Positions 50,701 through 63,353 of a stretch of DNA of 64,000 bases are shown piece after piece. The number at the start of each line of letters is the position of its first letter. Within the stretch, counting starts at the first letter, position 1. The notes beneath the pieces are model-generated. The model was not told the DNA's origin. It saw nothing but the letters and a program-made list of their open reading frames with translations, and searched no databases. Origin of the DNA: Raillietiella orientalis (Eukaryota). The position numbers and the translations under genes are program-made. The stretch covers positions 2,356,001 to 2,420,000 of the forward strand of contig JAYWIR010000032.1 in assembly GCA_036172245.1 (NCBI GenBank), written 5' to 3'.

Positions 50701-53619
50701 GAATCACGGACGAACAAGGGTGGGCTGGGAAACTGGATCGGGAGGGGGAAGAGGAGGAGATGAAGGAAGCGGAAGGGAACTCGGGTTCCTTGATCCTCTT
50801 ATTACCTCCCCCCCCTCTTTCCCTCCCGATTCAGAGGAGCACTTTCCCGGGTTCCCTTCGCTCCAGATCTAAAAGGTTTGGTGGGGTTGCCGCGGTCAGT
50901 GGATCAGCGCCAGCGAAAGGCTCGAGAATAACCATCTCGAGGGGCAGCTGGCAGCGGCGGCTTCCCGAACGGCCATTCTCTAAGCTTCCGCTTCGCCCAG
51001 CAGATGGGCGGATGCAGGCGGGAAAGGGAGGATTCGACCTTTTCACTGGAGAACATTCGGCTCTGAGGTTTCTTCTCTCGTTGCCTTTGATCTCCGGACT
51101 CTGTTTAGGGCTTGCTCTCTCGGTTACCATGGTGGTTTCTCCGCGAACCATCCTCTCGTCTGGACGATGGAAAGGAGTGAGCAAGTGACCGGCATGGGCC
51201 GGTTCGACACCACAGGCGCCCCAAGCACGGCGATGGGAGCTCCTCCTACCTTCGCAGACTCGCACGTCCCACCGTCTCCGGAAGACTCCGTCCGCATCTC
51301 GGCATTCCCTCCGCATGGATTCCAAGCTCCTTCTCGCCCCACCATCATCCTCTCTCCCCTAGAGGCCTCCCTCTCGTCTCTGAAGGGCGAGGGAGAGGAG
51401 TAGCTGTCTCTCGGGTCGTTCCCGTCAGTCCCCCATCCAAGGAAGTCGCCAAGAACTGCTCTGGAAGTGGTGTGGGTCTTGAGGACTTTTTTTGTCTTGT
51501 CACCCGTCTTTCTTCCCCGTGCATCCACGTCCCTGAGCAGAGTTCCCGACCTACCTGGACCTCGTGAGTCGCCGCACGAGCTCGACCAGCGACTTCGGGG
51601 CGAGGTGCTTGGATGGACTTTCCAGAAGGTATGTTGCGCTCCCGGCGGCCCCATCCCTTTCCTAGAACGAAGTGAGGAAGGGCGGGAAGCGTGGAGTAGG
51701 AGTACGACAGGCGTCCGCCGCTCCCGTAGCTCGCGAGAGAGCAAGATAAGCCTTCCAAGATGCGGATAGGTAGGTTGGCGGGTGCTAGTCCTGCTGCCGG
51801 GCGACCTTGCGCGCCCCTCTCGCGACCACGCCTGACCTCGCATCTCAGGAAACTGCTGCTGCCACCCTTTTGTTCCATCCTGCCCGCCAGGAACGTTCAT
51901 CTCCTGAAGACCGCACCACCCCATCCCTCCTCTTTAGGATTCTTCCTCCCGCCCCGGCAGGGAACGGCGCCCGGCGAATGAGACGGAAAGCAAGTAGTTG
52001 CGGACCGCTGAGAACGGCTGCCGGGAGGGAGGCGCCTCGGACACACGACACAATGCGGCGCCGGCTATCGCTCCTCTCAGTTCTCGAGGATCCTTGTGCT
52101 TCCAGTTGGAGGGCGGCTCCCGCCTGTGTCAGCAACGGCGGAGACATTCGCAGCCGCGAAAAAAGGAAACAGGCGCGAGTGAAGAACGACGAGAAAGTCG
52201 CGACCGGAAAAACTAGCCAAGTGGCTTCATTCCCCCCCCCCCTCCAATTCTAGGCGTTGGTTGTCGCTGGGGCGGCAGTAGCGCCGAGCACAGAATGGAT
52301 GCTGGCATTCGCAAAATGACGAAGGGATGCAGCTGGAAGAAAGAATGTGGGCAGCCTGTGCTTTCCCGGAGGTTGAGTTTCGCACATGCTACGCTGCGCG
52401 CTCATCTTCTCACGAGTTCACAAGTAAAAGTAACCGAGAGAGAGAGAAGTAAGGAGAGAGTTGCATTTTACGTAGTCAAAGAAAATACATATACACATAT
52501 ATACATTTTTTTCCTCCCAGAATCATTCGGCCAAGGGTGGTCTCTATTGGGAGAACAAAGAAAAAACACTTCCTTTTTAAAGCCACTTCCTAGTGAATTT
52601 TGCAAAGTCCTGCGTGCCGCGACATGAATAAATCAACTCGACGTCGTCGACGGGTACCCGAAAAAAAAAAAATAGTTGTTGCCCCGGTCACTGTGGTCTT
52701 GATCCTGACAACGAAAATTTCGTCTTTCAAGACCGCCCCGGAGCAGAAGAAAGAAAAAAGGGGGACGCTGAACTCCATCGGGGAACCTAAGATAGTGAGT
52801 TTCTCAATTCACTAATGCTGTAGGGCGACCAAGAAGCAGAAGTTATGAGATGCACCCTAATGGACTGCCATCGAGTTGACGGCCTTCCGGCGGCGAAGGT
52901 AATGCACCCACGTTGGAGAGGTCCTTACGTTCTTCGTAGTTCAGCAAAGGCAAATAAATGTCAGATGCCTAAACAACTAGTTTTGTAATCGCAATTAAAA
53001 AACCACAAATGTTCCATCCGTTTAACATAGGTATATTCAAAATGTGAATAATAAATAATAAAGCTGAATATTCAGCACTGTTCGGGTCACAAATAAATTA
53101 TGGTTCTAATGTGAAAGTGACATGAAAACCATGCCCTAAAAATCGGTCAACAATACAACAACATTTCTGGTGATACCAATAGCATAAACAAAATTCAACC
53201 ACAGTAAGTATTAAGCATTCCATACGAAGAACTTTTGCAAAATTAACAAAAAAATTTTTGCATTCAGAAACGCAATAAGAATCTGGCAAGCACATTGCAC
53301 TTCGAAAATTCACCATATCTATATAATGTATATACTATGTGTGTGTATGTATACATATTACTTGCATACATACTTAGAACTGTTCATGAGGTTTACTTAA
53401 TGCATTTTACGCTGCAGTCAATAATTGCTAATTTCCTAAATAGATCAGGGCATTGCTGGATGTTTAAAAAATACAAATTCCCATTTAAAAAATTCTCGCT
53501 TTAGGGTTATAAACACTTTGCAATATAAAAATGATTCACTCCCTGTTTGCACTGCATGTTTTAACAAGTTTATCACCATTAGGTTGTATAAATAATCTAT
53601 GCATCCATAATTGAAGTTG

Positions 53620-53690
53620 TACACACCCACACACCCATACACACACACACCCACCCACACACCCATATACACACACACACACACACAACA
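53620..53690. repeat. Imperfect (CA)n microsatellite downstream of MKK7
   Basis: acacacccacacacccatacacacacacac tract. Confidence 0.9.
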
Positions 53691-53950
53691 GTGACATGCT
53701 AATGGCACCAGTTGGCTTGAAACTGAATAGTTACATTGAATCCCATCACACTGATCTATTTAGAATGTGATTTTGCTCGTGAGATATGAAAATATTGATA
53801 CTTAGACTCCGGAGTTGAAAACAAATTCCAAGCAACTGCATTAAGAAATCAACAGCTTTGGTAAATAAAAAATCCATGCTACCAAAAAATTTAGCAGGTA
53901 CTTTGCTCCCTGGGTAAGCAGCTTTCAAACTGAAGGTGCATAGGTTCATA

Positions 53951-56799
53951 TTATGAGCAAAATGAACTGGAAGTGGAATAAGTTTTTCTACAAGCTCGTA
54001 GGTCCTGCAAACCAAATGTTTTGCGAGAATGTGGATCAGGGGGTGGTCGTGTTAAAGGAGATGGAGGAGCAGATGAGCATTCAGTTAGCTTCTTGGAACA
54101 GGTACCATGACCTTGCCAGAAAGGAGCAGAATCCAAACTGCTACCTTTCCAAGGTTCTCTGTAAGACTTGGATGGAAAACTTAATGAGGATTGAGAAAGT
54201 GGAGATAATTCTCTAGAAAATCGACGAGGAGGCAGTGGAGAAGAGTCATAATAATAACTAGGAGAGGGATCCCTTGAACGAGATGAACAGGATAAATATG
54301 GAAGAGAGTCTCTCACATTACGGTTCATGCCCATTCTCCAGCAGCTAGAAACCGCACAAGTACAGTTAGTAGTATGTCCACAATAACATGAGCGGGGAGA
54401 ATTGGGGGCAGAACCAGATGGACTTTTTGAATGAATAACATTTTGTGGTTGCTGGATAGCAGCATTGAACCAAGCAGCCACATTCACCTGTGCTACTGTA
54501 TAGCGACGTATAAAAGGATGCTGCAGCAACTTTCGATACTTTGGACGAAGACGGTAATCCTTAATCAGACTAGAATAAAAGCTGGTGCTGTAAGACACTT
54601 TGAAATACCTTACCAGTCACTAACAAAGGAACAAAACTCTGAAGTGAAACGAAAGGAACGCAATGTTGGAGGGTCATCCTGGACAATTCGTGTCAACAGT
54701 TCAAAGTCTGTGCGGCATTCCCCATAAGGAGGTGAACCAGTAGCCAATTCAACAAGTGTAATGCCCAAACTCCACACATCAGCACGGACATCATAATCAG
54801 GATGTTGTGGATCAGGTGGTTCTATGCGTTCTGGCTAGGGGCAAAAACAATGTACACCAAGTTGAAGCAGTCCAGCTGCAGTGTCCTACCGACATGTATG
54901 CTGCACATCCTGCACATCTAGTTTTAGCTTTTGAATCAACTAATTGACCAGATATGCCAAAATCACAAAGTTGAATCCTGCCTGCATGATCCAATAAAAT
55001 ATTAGATGGTTTCACATCTCGATGAATAACACTGTGTTCTTCCTTGAGATAATGTAAGGCATTAACTGCCTAGAAAAACTATCCACAATCTGAATTCTCT
55101 GCAAACTTACTGAAACAGCAACTTTGCCCAGAATTGGTTCTGGTAAAGGACTACGCAGGCGCCGTAGAAGCTTATCCAAACAAGTAGCCATCAACTCCAT
55201 GCAGATCCACACCTGGCAGTCTGTGATCAAATAACCCAAACAGCATACAATAAAAGGGCAGTCACTAGCATGCAAGACCACTTCCAGATCCATTAGAATG
55301 CGTCTGTTTTCATCTGCATTGCCAGAACGACGCATTTGCTGTGGTACATCATTTCTTGCATATATGACACTACAGACTCACCTTCACAGCAATAAGCTGT
55401 CCACTGGGTTGATGCAACATTTTCACCACATGACCACTAGTTCCAGTGCCTAATTCATCCAAATGCTGGAGGTCTGAGATCTGGGTTACATACTCCTAAT
55501 GGAGATTATAAAGTCCCTTCTTTTCCAGACCACACTCTTACTTTTCCATCTATTATCAGCAGGCCAGAATGCTTCATTATCATGGCTAATTTCTGTTCCA
55601 ATTCTGTATCCTCATTTCTTTGCTGTATGAACAGAGGCAAATCCAGTACTTTGCGTGGTCTTGAAGATTCCCCAAAACTCCTTCCCAAGGATACAGAATC
55701 ATTGGAGACTGAAGATTAGACAACATGAAACTCTTCCCACAAGACATTCAGGTATGTGTATTCTAACTGCGAAGCATTTCTTATTCAAACTTATCAATGG
55801 ATAATTCTGAATAAATTTCAATTATGAATAATCTTCAAGAATGACTGTGAACAACAATAATTGAAAAATCCTAATAATAATCTTGAACTAAAATAATTTT
55901 ATTCAAATTTTATTGATAACGCATAAAAATATACGTGAGCTTTTAACACAAATGCACTTTTGTCAAGAACACTATTGCAAAAATCAGATTTTCTTAAATC
56001 ATCATTACTTTACTTACTTACTTACTTGTCTATTGAGATGTACGGTGAGGTTGGGTTAATTTTTTATTTTCAAAATAAATGTTTTAATTAAACTAGTCAA
56101 CCGAAATTAATTTTTACGAAGTAATGAGAAGTTTTTATTTGTATATTTTCGAAAATAATAGGGAGGGGAAGCATTAATAGTTGATGATGTTCACATCTAC
56201 CACAATAGCTAAAAAATAAAAATGAAAGGAAATAAAAAGGCACTATTTGATTAGGAAAATTAATGGCTGGCAATGCACCAGATAACTGTCCAAGGGAAAA
56301 ACAATGAAAAAGAGCTGCCTTAAAAAAGATGCAGGCCAACAAGCAAAAAAGGAAAATTATGGCAAACTTGCAAAGAATTTTTGCCTAAGTGATACTTTTA
56401 AAAAGTTTCATCGCTAGTGCATCACCCAAAATACAAATTCTCATGAACTTTGGTAAGTCACATTTGAAGGATAGAAATGCTCACAAACAAGTAAACATAA
56501 TATTGCTAATGCAAAAAGTATCATCAAAGCAATTACAAACAAAAGTTACACCGAATCATTATATTTGGAAAACATTTCAATTAAATACAAGCAGAAATTA
56601 TAACCAAAGCTGAATGTTCTAAAACTTCAATTAATATGCTCTCACATAAACTGGACCGTGTTTTCTTTGATTCTTTTTCTCGAAGTGAAGAAAAATTAAA
56701 ATCTTTGTATTTTTCATTATTAGCATGTTTCTCTAGTTCTACTTGCATTCTTGCTTTCAGATTATCCAATTTGTGTTGTATTGATCTCATGGTGGACAT
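53951..56799 (-). CDS. MAP2K7: Dual-specificity MAP kinase kinase 7 (MKK7/hemipterous), multi-exon, with Ser/Pro-rich C-terminal tail
   Basis: N-terminal [12 protein letters not shown] coiled coil. [13 protein letters not shown]...[93 protein letters not shown]. Stop at 53951. Confidence 0.96.
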
Positions 56800-59084
56800 G
56801 TTTCTTCTCCACAAAATCTCTGTATAAAAATGGATTTTTTTCTCATATTATACAGTTAATCACTTATATTCATACTTTCGGGCTAAAATATTGACAAAAA
56901 AACATGAGTTATTCAGTTCTTTGGATTATCGAGTGTTCAGCCAGTGAAATATAACATGCTTATCACGCTAACTCGAAGCCACATTCTGCTGACCACAAGG
57001 GATGATGCAAATTCAGCCTCACCATACACACATACATGTAAGGCAAAATAATGAATCATAACATTACTGCAAACATTCGTTCTTCTTTTTTTTTTTCAAT
57101 TTTTATACTTTCTATGAACATAATGAAACATTATACAAAACACACACAAAAAAATGAGACAAACGGATATTTACAAAGAGGAAAATGCAAACATACACAT
57201 TACTTCAATTTTTCAAAGGTTACTTTCACCCTCGTCGAAGAATTGAAATGAAATCAAGTTCGTAGGAATATTTACTCGGTGATTTAAAAGTACACTGAAC
57301 ATCTAATTACTAATTTTTGAAGTTCTTCTGAAACAAAAAGTACAGACTTCATGTTTCAGCCCTTACATCGTCAGTATTTTGCGGAGTTTTTCCCTTAGAA
57401 TTCGGCAAGTTCATGACTGTGTTTCTAATTCCTAAAAGTGTTCTGTGTGAATTCCTTATAGTCTTAAGCCATCGGGAGCAAAAACAAAATCGCAGTCGAC
57501 TTTCCGTTTGCCCACCAACTCATTTCTTGAGCTCGTACGAAATTAACAAATTATGCTAACGATCCCCGTCGCGAGGATCTTTCTCGTTTTCTTGCTTTCC
57601 ACTGGTGGGTAAATGTGTTTAGTAACCTTCGAAACAAGGATGTGTTTGGTAATACCTCAGCATTGCTGAAATGATGATCTTTGACTAATGGCAGCCTCCA
57701 CAGCAACCCTAGGAAATGTTACATATATGTGTTTGTACTTTAGTCCGCGGTCTTCAACCGTATAAAAAATTCCAAGTACGGTCCTGATTCGTGTGCAAAA
57801 AGCAGTTGAACACATACGCACTTCTCGTTATCGTTTCAAAATAACGATGCCATAATGATCCTATGATGTTTGTTTATGGTGCCAACTGGTAACTTGACAA
57901 CTGATTCATAGAATGCTGTTTTCCCTCCCTTAAGAGCAGAAGTCTCATTACGTCATTACTGAATGCTTCCACGAACATCCAAACCATCCTAAGTGCATAG
58001 CATCAGCTGTTCCGTAGAATCTCTCCTTCCTTCTTCAGAGTTCCTTGCTGGCTGATAGAGAGGGGGGAAAGGGCTGCGTTTGTCCAATCTTCGCAACTCA
58101 TTGCAAGCATAAAAATCTGTGTATGAATTAGATTCCCATGTTGTGCTCCTTAAGATAACTAATAAAATGTCAAATTTCTTTGGAAGCAATTTTTTCCACT
58201 TGTAAGTAGCGAATGGTTCGATGACACACACAAAAACACACACATATGTATGTGTTATAGCTATAGCATTCCACATCAAAGGAAAATTGATACCGTTTTA
58301 TCTGGGGGGGGGGGGGAAGAGCACAAATTATCACTTTTCTCGACTTGATTTCCAGAGCGTTCATTAAGAATGAAACTTTCTTGATACATACTCATTTTCA
58401 AAGTTCATTTATACACTGAGTGAGAATCTTCGATGAACAAGTTGTCTTTTATAAAGGAGATTCGTTCGTTTCACTGTTAGCATATTCAACTCAATAATAT
58501 TGAGTAAAGTCAGTCGATCTAACTCGGTTTCAATTCAATATCAATTCATTCGTGACGTAAAAATCTATACAGATTCCAAGGAGCAAATCACCTACATGCA
58601 ACAATACTTTCACACAAAAACCGGCTGCAGAGGCTGGATATCATGTCAACTTGAAAAATCATTTCGTTCCACTCTGTGCATTCTAACACATGTAGACAGA
58701 TTATTTAACAACTTTCGTGAAGAGATATCTTTTGTTGATAGTGAAATAAAACATATTCCACATAGAGAATATGATCAAGGATACATCGAAATTTGGCCAT
58801 TACTACCAAGGCGTAAAGAGAATGGGTGCAATGTCAAAACCTAATGGTGAACTAGATGACCTAAATATTAAAGACTATGGCCAAGACCTTGAACTAAAAC
58901 ATCTTCCTGTGGAGATTGTTTTCAAATTGTAGCTTTCATACAGTTATATAGGAATGAATTTCCATTCATTGTATAAATGTTTGAATATTCCATTTGATAT
59001 AAAAATTAAAAGCATCACTGGATGAATCGCAATTCTTGCAAAGTTTTTAACCAATTAAAAAAAAGACAAAAGAAACCTTGTAAT

Positions 59085-59279
59085 ATGAGTAGTCATAAAG
59101 CTAAGAAAGTAAGCATAGACTTAGTGCTTATGAGAAACGAGGAGAAAGATACTGTGGAAGATTTAGTAACAGCAGCGTTCAACGATGCCATCAAAAAGGC
59201 AGAGGAAGACATGGCATATGCGACCTCTGATCTTGCAGGTATGATGGGGTTACCACCTGGGTTTAAACTTCCCTTTTAA
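59085..59279 (+). pseudogene. ybaB: 3' half of a bacterial YbaB/EbfC nucleoid-associated protein gene, Wolbachia/Rickettsiales-like (nuclear insertion)
   Basis: [60 protein letters not shown] carries the YbaB 'EDLxxAAFNDA' motif and the alphaproteobacterial [11 protein letters not shown]-terminus. Intronless; N-terminal half absent. Confidence 0.88.
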
Positions 59280-59413
59280 ACATTATCTGTATTGATAAGC
59301 AAGTCTTTGTATCTCTGGTACTAGAATTGTTTCATATAAGAATTAGTGAACGTTAGAAGCAAATATTCTTGATGCTGCTAGTTAACAGCATTAGTTATTC
59401 CTTTAACAATCAA
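59276..59413 (-). pseudogene. Possible decayed 3' end of the convergent bacterial neighbour of ybaB
   Basis: Minus frame LIVKGITNAVN*QHQEYLLLTFTNSYMKQF*YQRYKDLLINTDNV* ends in a TAA (59278-59276) overlapping the ybaB TAA (59277-59279). Two internal TAG stops. Confidence 0.4.
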
Positions 59414-61166
59414 GACGATTTCGGAATGTAGATTTCCATTTTTGCTCCAAGCTCAATTCCCATTCTATTCTTTACCAACTACTATATTTCATTCGAGGTG
59501 CAAGATCCACCAAACAGACAAGAACTTTCCATGATATAACAGAATTTAATTGTAAGAAACATTCAAAGTTAATCACAGAAAACGAAGTTTTGTGCTCTGA
59601 TCAACACTCCTATCACTATATACAACATCTCATTCCTCGAAAATGATAAACTCCCTATGATAGTATTCTGTTTCCTTTTTTATTCAATTCTTTATGTTCA
59701 TTTCAAGTCTTTATCAACATCACATAATTGTATAATACTCATATTTGATGGACGCTCAAATTCATTATTTTTCATTACATTCTCAATAAATTAATTTCCA
59801 AGTTAGAAACATGTGGATATTGAGATCTGTGGTTTAGAATCATTATCATTCCTATCTAATTGTTATATTCGAAATTTAGAAATATATGGACAGAATCCTT
59901 ACATATGCTTCTAAACTGAAAACCAGAAGGTTCGAGAAGTTGAAACAATAGCCACATAAACTTGAAAGATTCACACGCATTATTATAGTATGCAAACTTA
60001 ATGAATATTGATGAATATGTGCAAGCAAAAATATCTGAGCCTACATTAAATCGATGTAATTAAGATATAAATTCAAAGTTGGTTGATTGCGTGCCACATA
60101 TTGTATGTTTATTTTATGTGCGTTGACCACTAACAACATGACAAATAAGGACACGAAAACTTCTCAAGCCCTTTGGATCTGGTACCTTGGTTCTAGACAA
60201 TCATATTTTTTGGCAATTTCCTAATTGGAAAACAGCAGGAAAAGTTTCATAGTTCATCCTAAGAATCGAGAAGGTTTGGAACGTCTTTTCTGACTTGATT
60301 TGTCTTTGACTTTGATTTGTCCGGTTACCCGACCAACAAACAATGTGTTGAAAGTATTCAAGATTTGTAGACTTTAAATTTAAGATTGGAGCACGCACAA
60401 TAGGCGTGCTTTACGGTGATAAGCTTTATAGATGTAGACATGTAGAAAAAAGCAAAAAATTTTGTAAAATGAATATTCTGTTATAAAAACCTGACAGATA
60501 TGAAAGAATCTCTTCAAATGAAATCTTTTGTGTTGTGAACAAATAATATTTTATCGTAAATTTATGATAAGTATTTTTTATGAAACACTAATAAATTTTG
60601 CGGTCACTCAGTTTTTTTGTAAGCTTTCTTCCGTTTTTGATTTTGTTCCAGGATATTGATTTGAGTCGATTATGTGATCACGTTAAATCACCCAAGTTCA
60701 TTTCGTAAATCTCTGCTTTAATGATGGCAATATTTTGCCCTTCATGATGATTATAGTTGATTCTTCTGCATTTTAAAGTTCAATAAAGTAAGGATGTACA
60801 TATAGGAAATGCTATGTTTCCCTGTGTAATGGCAAAGAAAGATCATTTCATATCGACAAATAAGAAACTTCTTGTTTGAAATATAAAATGATTTTTTTTC
60901 AACACACACACCGCATTTTTAATATCAACCTTGAATAATCTCTTTTCTAAGATACATTCATATCTGTAATTTGGATTTGAGAGGAAGTAAATGCTTGTTG
61001 TGTTTGCTGTTGTTGTTGATTTGCAACTTGTAATCTTGAAATGTTTCTGTCGCATCTCCGTGCTGCACTTGGCTTTTCCGTTTTCTGTGGGGTTCGATCG
61101 TCGGACGTTTTGAAAAGTTGGCAGGCCTTTTTTTTTGTGCGTCTGGTTGCTCCGTGAGTCTCAAGC

Positions 61167-61582
61167 ATGGAAGGTGACGTGAAGCAGTATGCTTGGATGG
61201 TTGTATAACTAATTTGAGGCCTGAAATTAAGACTGCCTTACAGGTGAGACCGTGTCGCATGTACCGTGAAGAATATGCAGACTGTCGGAGCATAAGAGGA
61301 AGGTTGTATCAGTACTTTATTTATGGTTCGTTTCTGAATTGTAACGAATGGTACGCTAATTACCAGAAGTGTATAAAATGGGAGAAGCACGGAAGTTTGG
61401 AGCAGCTGGTGAATCATCATAATTGTGCAATTTGAAACTGAGTAGTTTTCCTACAGAAATCGCTTGTCTCGTTTGAAAAGTCGCAAATGAGGACCCGTCT
61501 CAGAGGATATTACGAAAATGATGTTTGGGAAGAGAGGGAACATCCTGATTGGGATAACACCTATTCAAGCAATGAAAAATAA
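61167..61582 (+). CDS. C22orf39: UPF0545/C22orf39 family small protein; exons 61167-61199, 61244-61408, 61457-61582
   Basis: WM|VRPCRMYREEYADCRSIRGRLYQYFIYGSFLNCNEWYANYQKCIKWE...NDVWEEREHPDW shows the family Cys/Trp pattern. Confidence 0.88.
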
Positions 61583-62538
61583 AACATCTCAAACTGAGAC
61601 ATTCTCCAAAGGCATTGATTTATACATTTTTCATTTGTGCCATAAGATTGTGAGGTTTGTCACGCACACCAGAAAACGTGGGCATGCTTCAGAGCGTGTC
61701 ACGAAAGAACCGAAGGCAGTCAAGTACCAAAACTTAGGTTTGTTGAAGTTAGGAATCCTGATGTGTAAAGAGACAAGGAGGTATTTCTAGCGTTTCAATT
61801 CTAAGTGAAGCATGAGATTCATGGGAAGGAACTAATCAAACATCGATATCAAACATGGAAACAAGTACGCAAAGCAAGTGTTGTGTATTTCAGAATCATG
61901 CATGCTTCCATAATTTGTTTATGAAATCCCTTTAATCGCAAACTTTTATTCAGCACTATTCTTTGGAATTTCGCATAGTCTTCAATTAGACATATCGTGT
62001 ACACTCGATATGTTCTTGATTACGTAACTGTTCATAAAAACAAAGCATTACAGCACTAGGAGGGGTGCTTTAAAAATTTAAATCTGATGGAAGATAACTT
62101 TGTAGATAAGGATTCCCTTCCACAATTTTCTTTTGATACATCTGTTTCATTACTCTTATTTTACTGTTGTAATGGGTGAAGTCTGAAAGTTTAAAAGAGG
62201 TGATGGTTTCAGTGTCAAGAACAGTGTAGTCTCTTAAGTCTTCACTTCAGTAGACACACGACTGCAACTTGAACACGATTTTCAATCAGTAAACTTGTTC
62301 CAACAAGATCCTTATACATAAAACTGTATTATGCTGTTCATTTTCAAATCCATTCGGTTTCAAAATGAATACACTGTCAACCATCAGATGTACAATCAAA
62401 AGCTCTTTCAAAAGTGAAACTACACATTTATTGTTCACAAAATAAAGTGTTTGTCTAAAGGGCAGCCTCTACCAGTAAATGTAGCATGTGAGGTGTGTGT
62501 GCAGTCTTTGAACTTAATGGGAAACTGAAATGATTAGG

Positions 62539-63353
62539 TCAATGACCAGCCAATTGCTCATAAAGCTTTGGCACATAATCATCCCACTCAGCCTGGAAGA
62601 AGTTTCCAGCAACTAGCTTAATGCCATACTTCTTGGCAAATTCTCCTATATGGAAATTCTCACGCTTTGCTCCACTGCGATTGGTCAGCCTTGGTTCATC
62701 AAATGATAGTTTCTGTGGCTGTTCATATACAAGGAAAACATAGCGATGTAAACCTACAAAACTAACGTGAAGTGAAGCAAACATTCATACGTACCGGTAT
62801 TCTTTGGAGGTCCAGCTCCAATATATTCTGATAATACTTCTCCTCTGTCCAAATGATTTTCAGGTATGTTTCCAACTAACCAATGGTGCCATTCTCTAAA
62901 GGTTGGATTCTTTCTGCTTGGTGCATCTGGGTCTTGAAACAATGTTAAAAGTAAACATATAATCAAGAGACTTTACCTGTCATACACAGTGTGTACAACT
63001 TATCACTCTGATAAGGCCATCTAACATTTGTTGGCGGATTTTTAACTTGAGTAGGGGTTAGGATATTTCCATTACTCACCACGTTAGTTTCATATTCGAC
63101 CTATCGATAACACAGTTACTGATCATGCTAAGTGAAACCAACCTCCAAAGTGCTGGATGGTGCTTTCGAAATTACATCTGGAACCACTCTGTGCTGTTCC
63201 ATTTTTACTATGCTAGTACAATATCTGTGCAAAGCAATACGGCCTAAAGCACGTTTTAAATTAAGTATCGTCTAAAACATACAACCATCATCAACATATA
63301 CTTTTAGATACCCACACGCGATGACTTGTTGCACGCAAATACAAATGCTGCAT
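62539..63353 (-). CDS. Phosphatidylethanolamine-binding protein (PEBP/RKIP family); core starts at ATG 63202, possible upstream start 63353
   Basis: [11 protein letters not shown]...[13 protein letters not shown]...[30 protein letters not shown]...[22 protein letters not shown]...[20 protein letters not shown]. Confidence 0.96.

Larger units (their letters stand above)
19850..52930. other. ~33-kb GC/CpG-rich compositional domain between AT-rich flanks
   Basis: Visible shift to GC-rich, CpG-rich sequence from the FBXW5 5' end to ~52.9 kb, with an abrupt return to AT-rich DNA at ~52.95 kb. GC content was not computed. Confidence 0.9.

Noticed and set aside
20300..52300. Many long overlapping ORFs (e.g. 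23047-24168, 23528-24790, 36645-38045, 50460-51188)
   Set aside because: Arg/Pro/Gly/Ala-rich, present in all six frames, no domain motifs. Expected from stop-codon scarcity at high GC.
19850..52930. GC-rich domain as a bacterial/viral genomic island
   Set aside because: It contains spliceosomal-intron genes of animal families, plus microsatellites and homopolymers. No operons or intact integrase seen.
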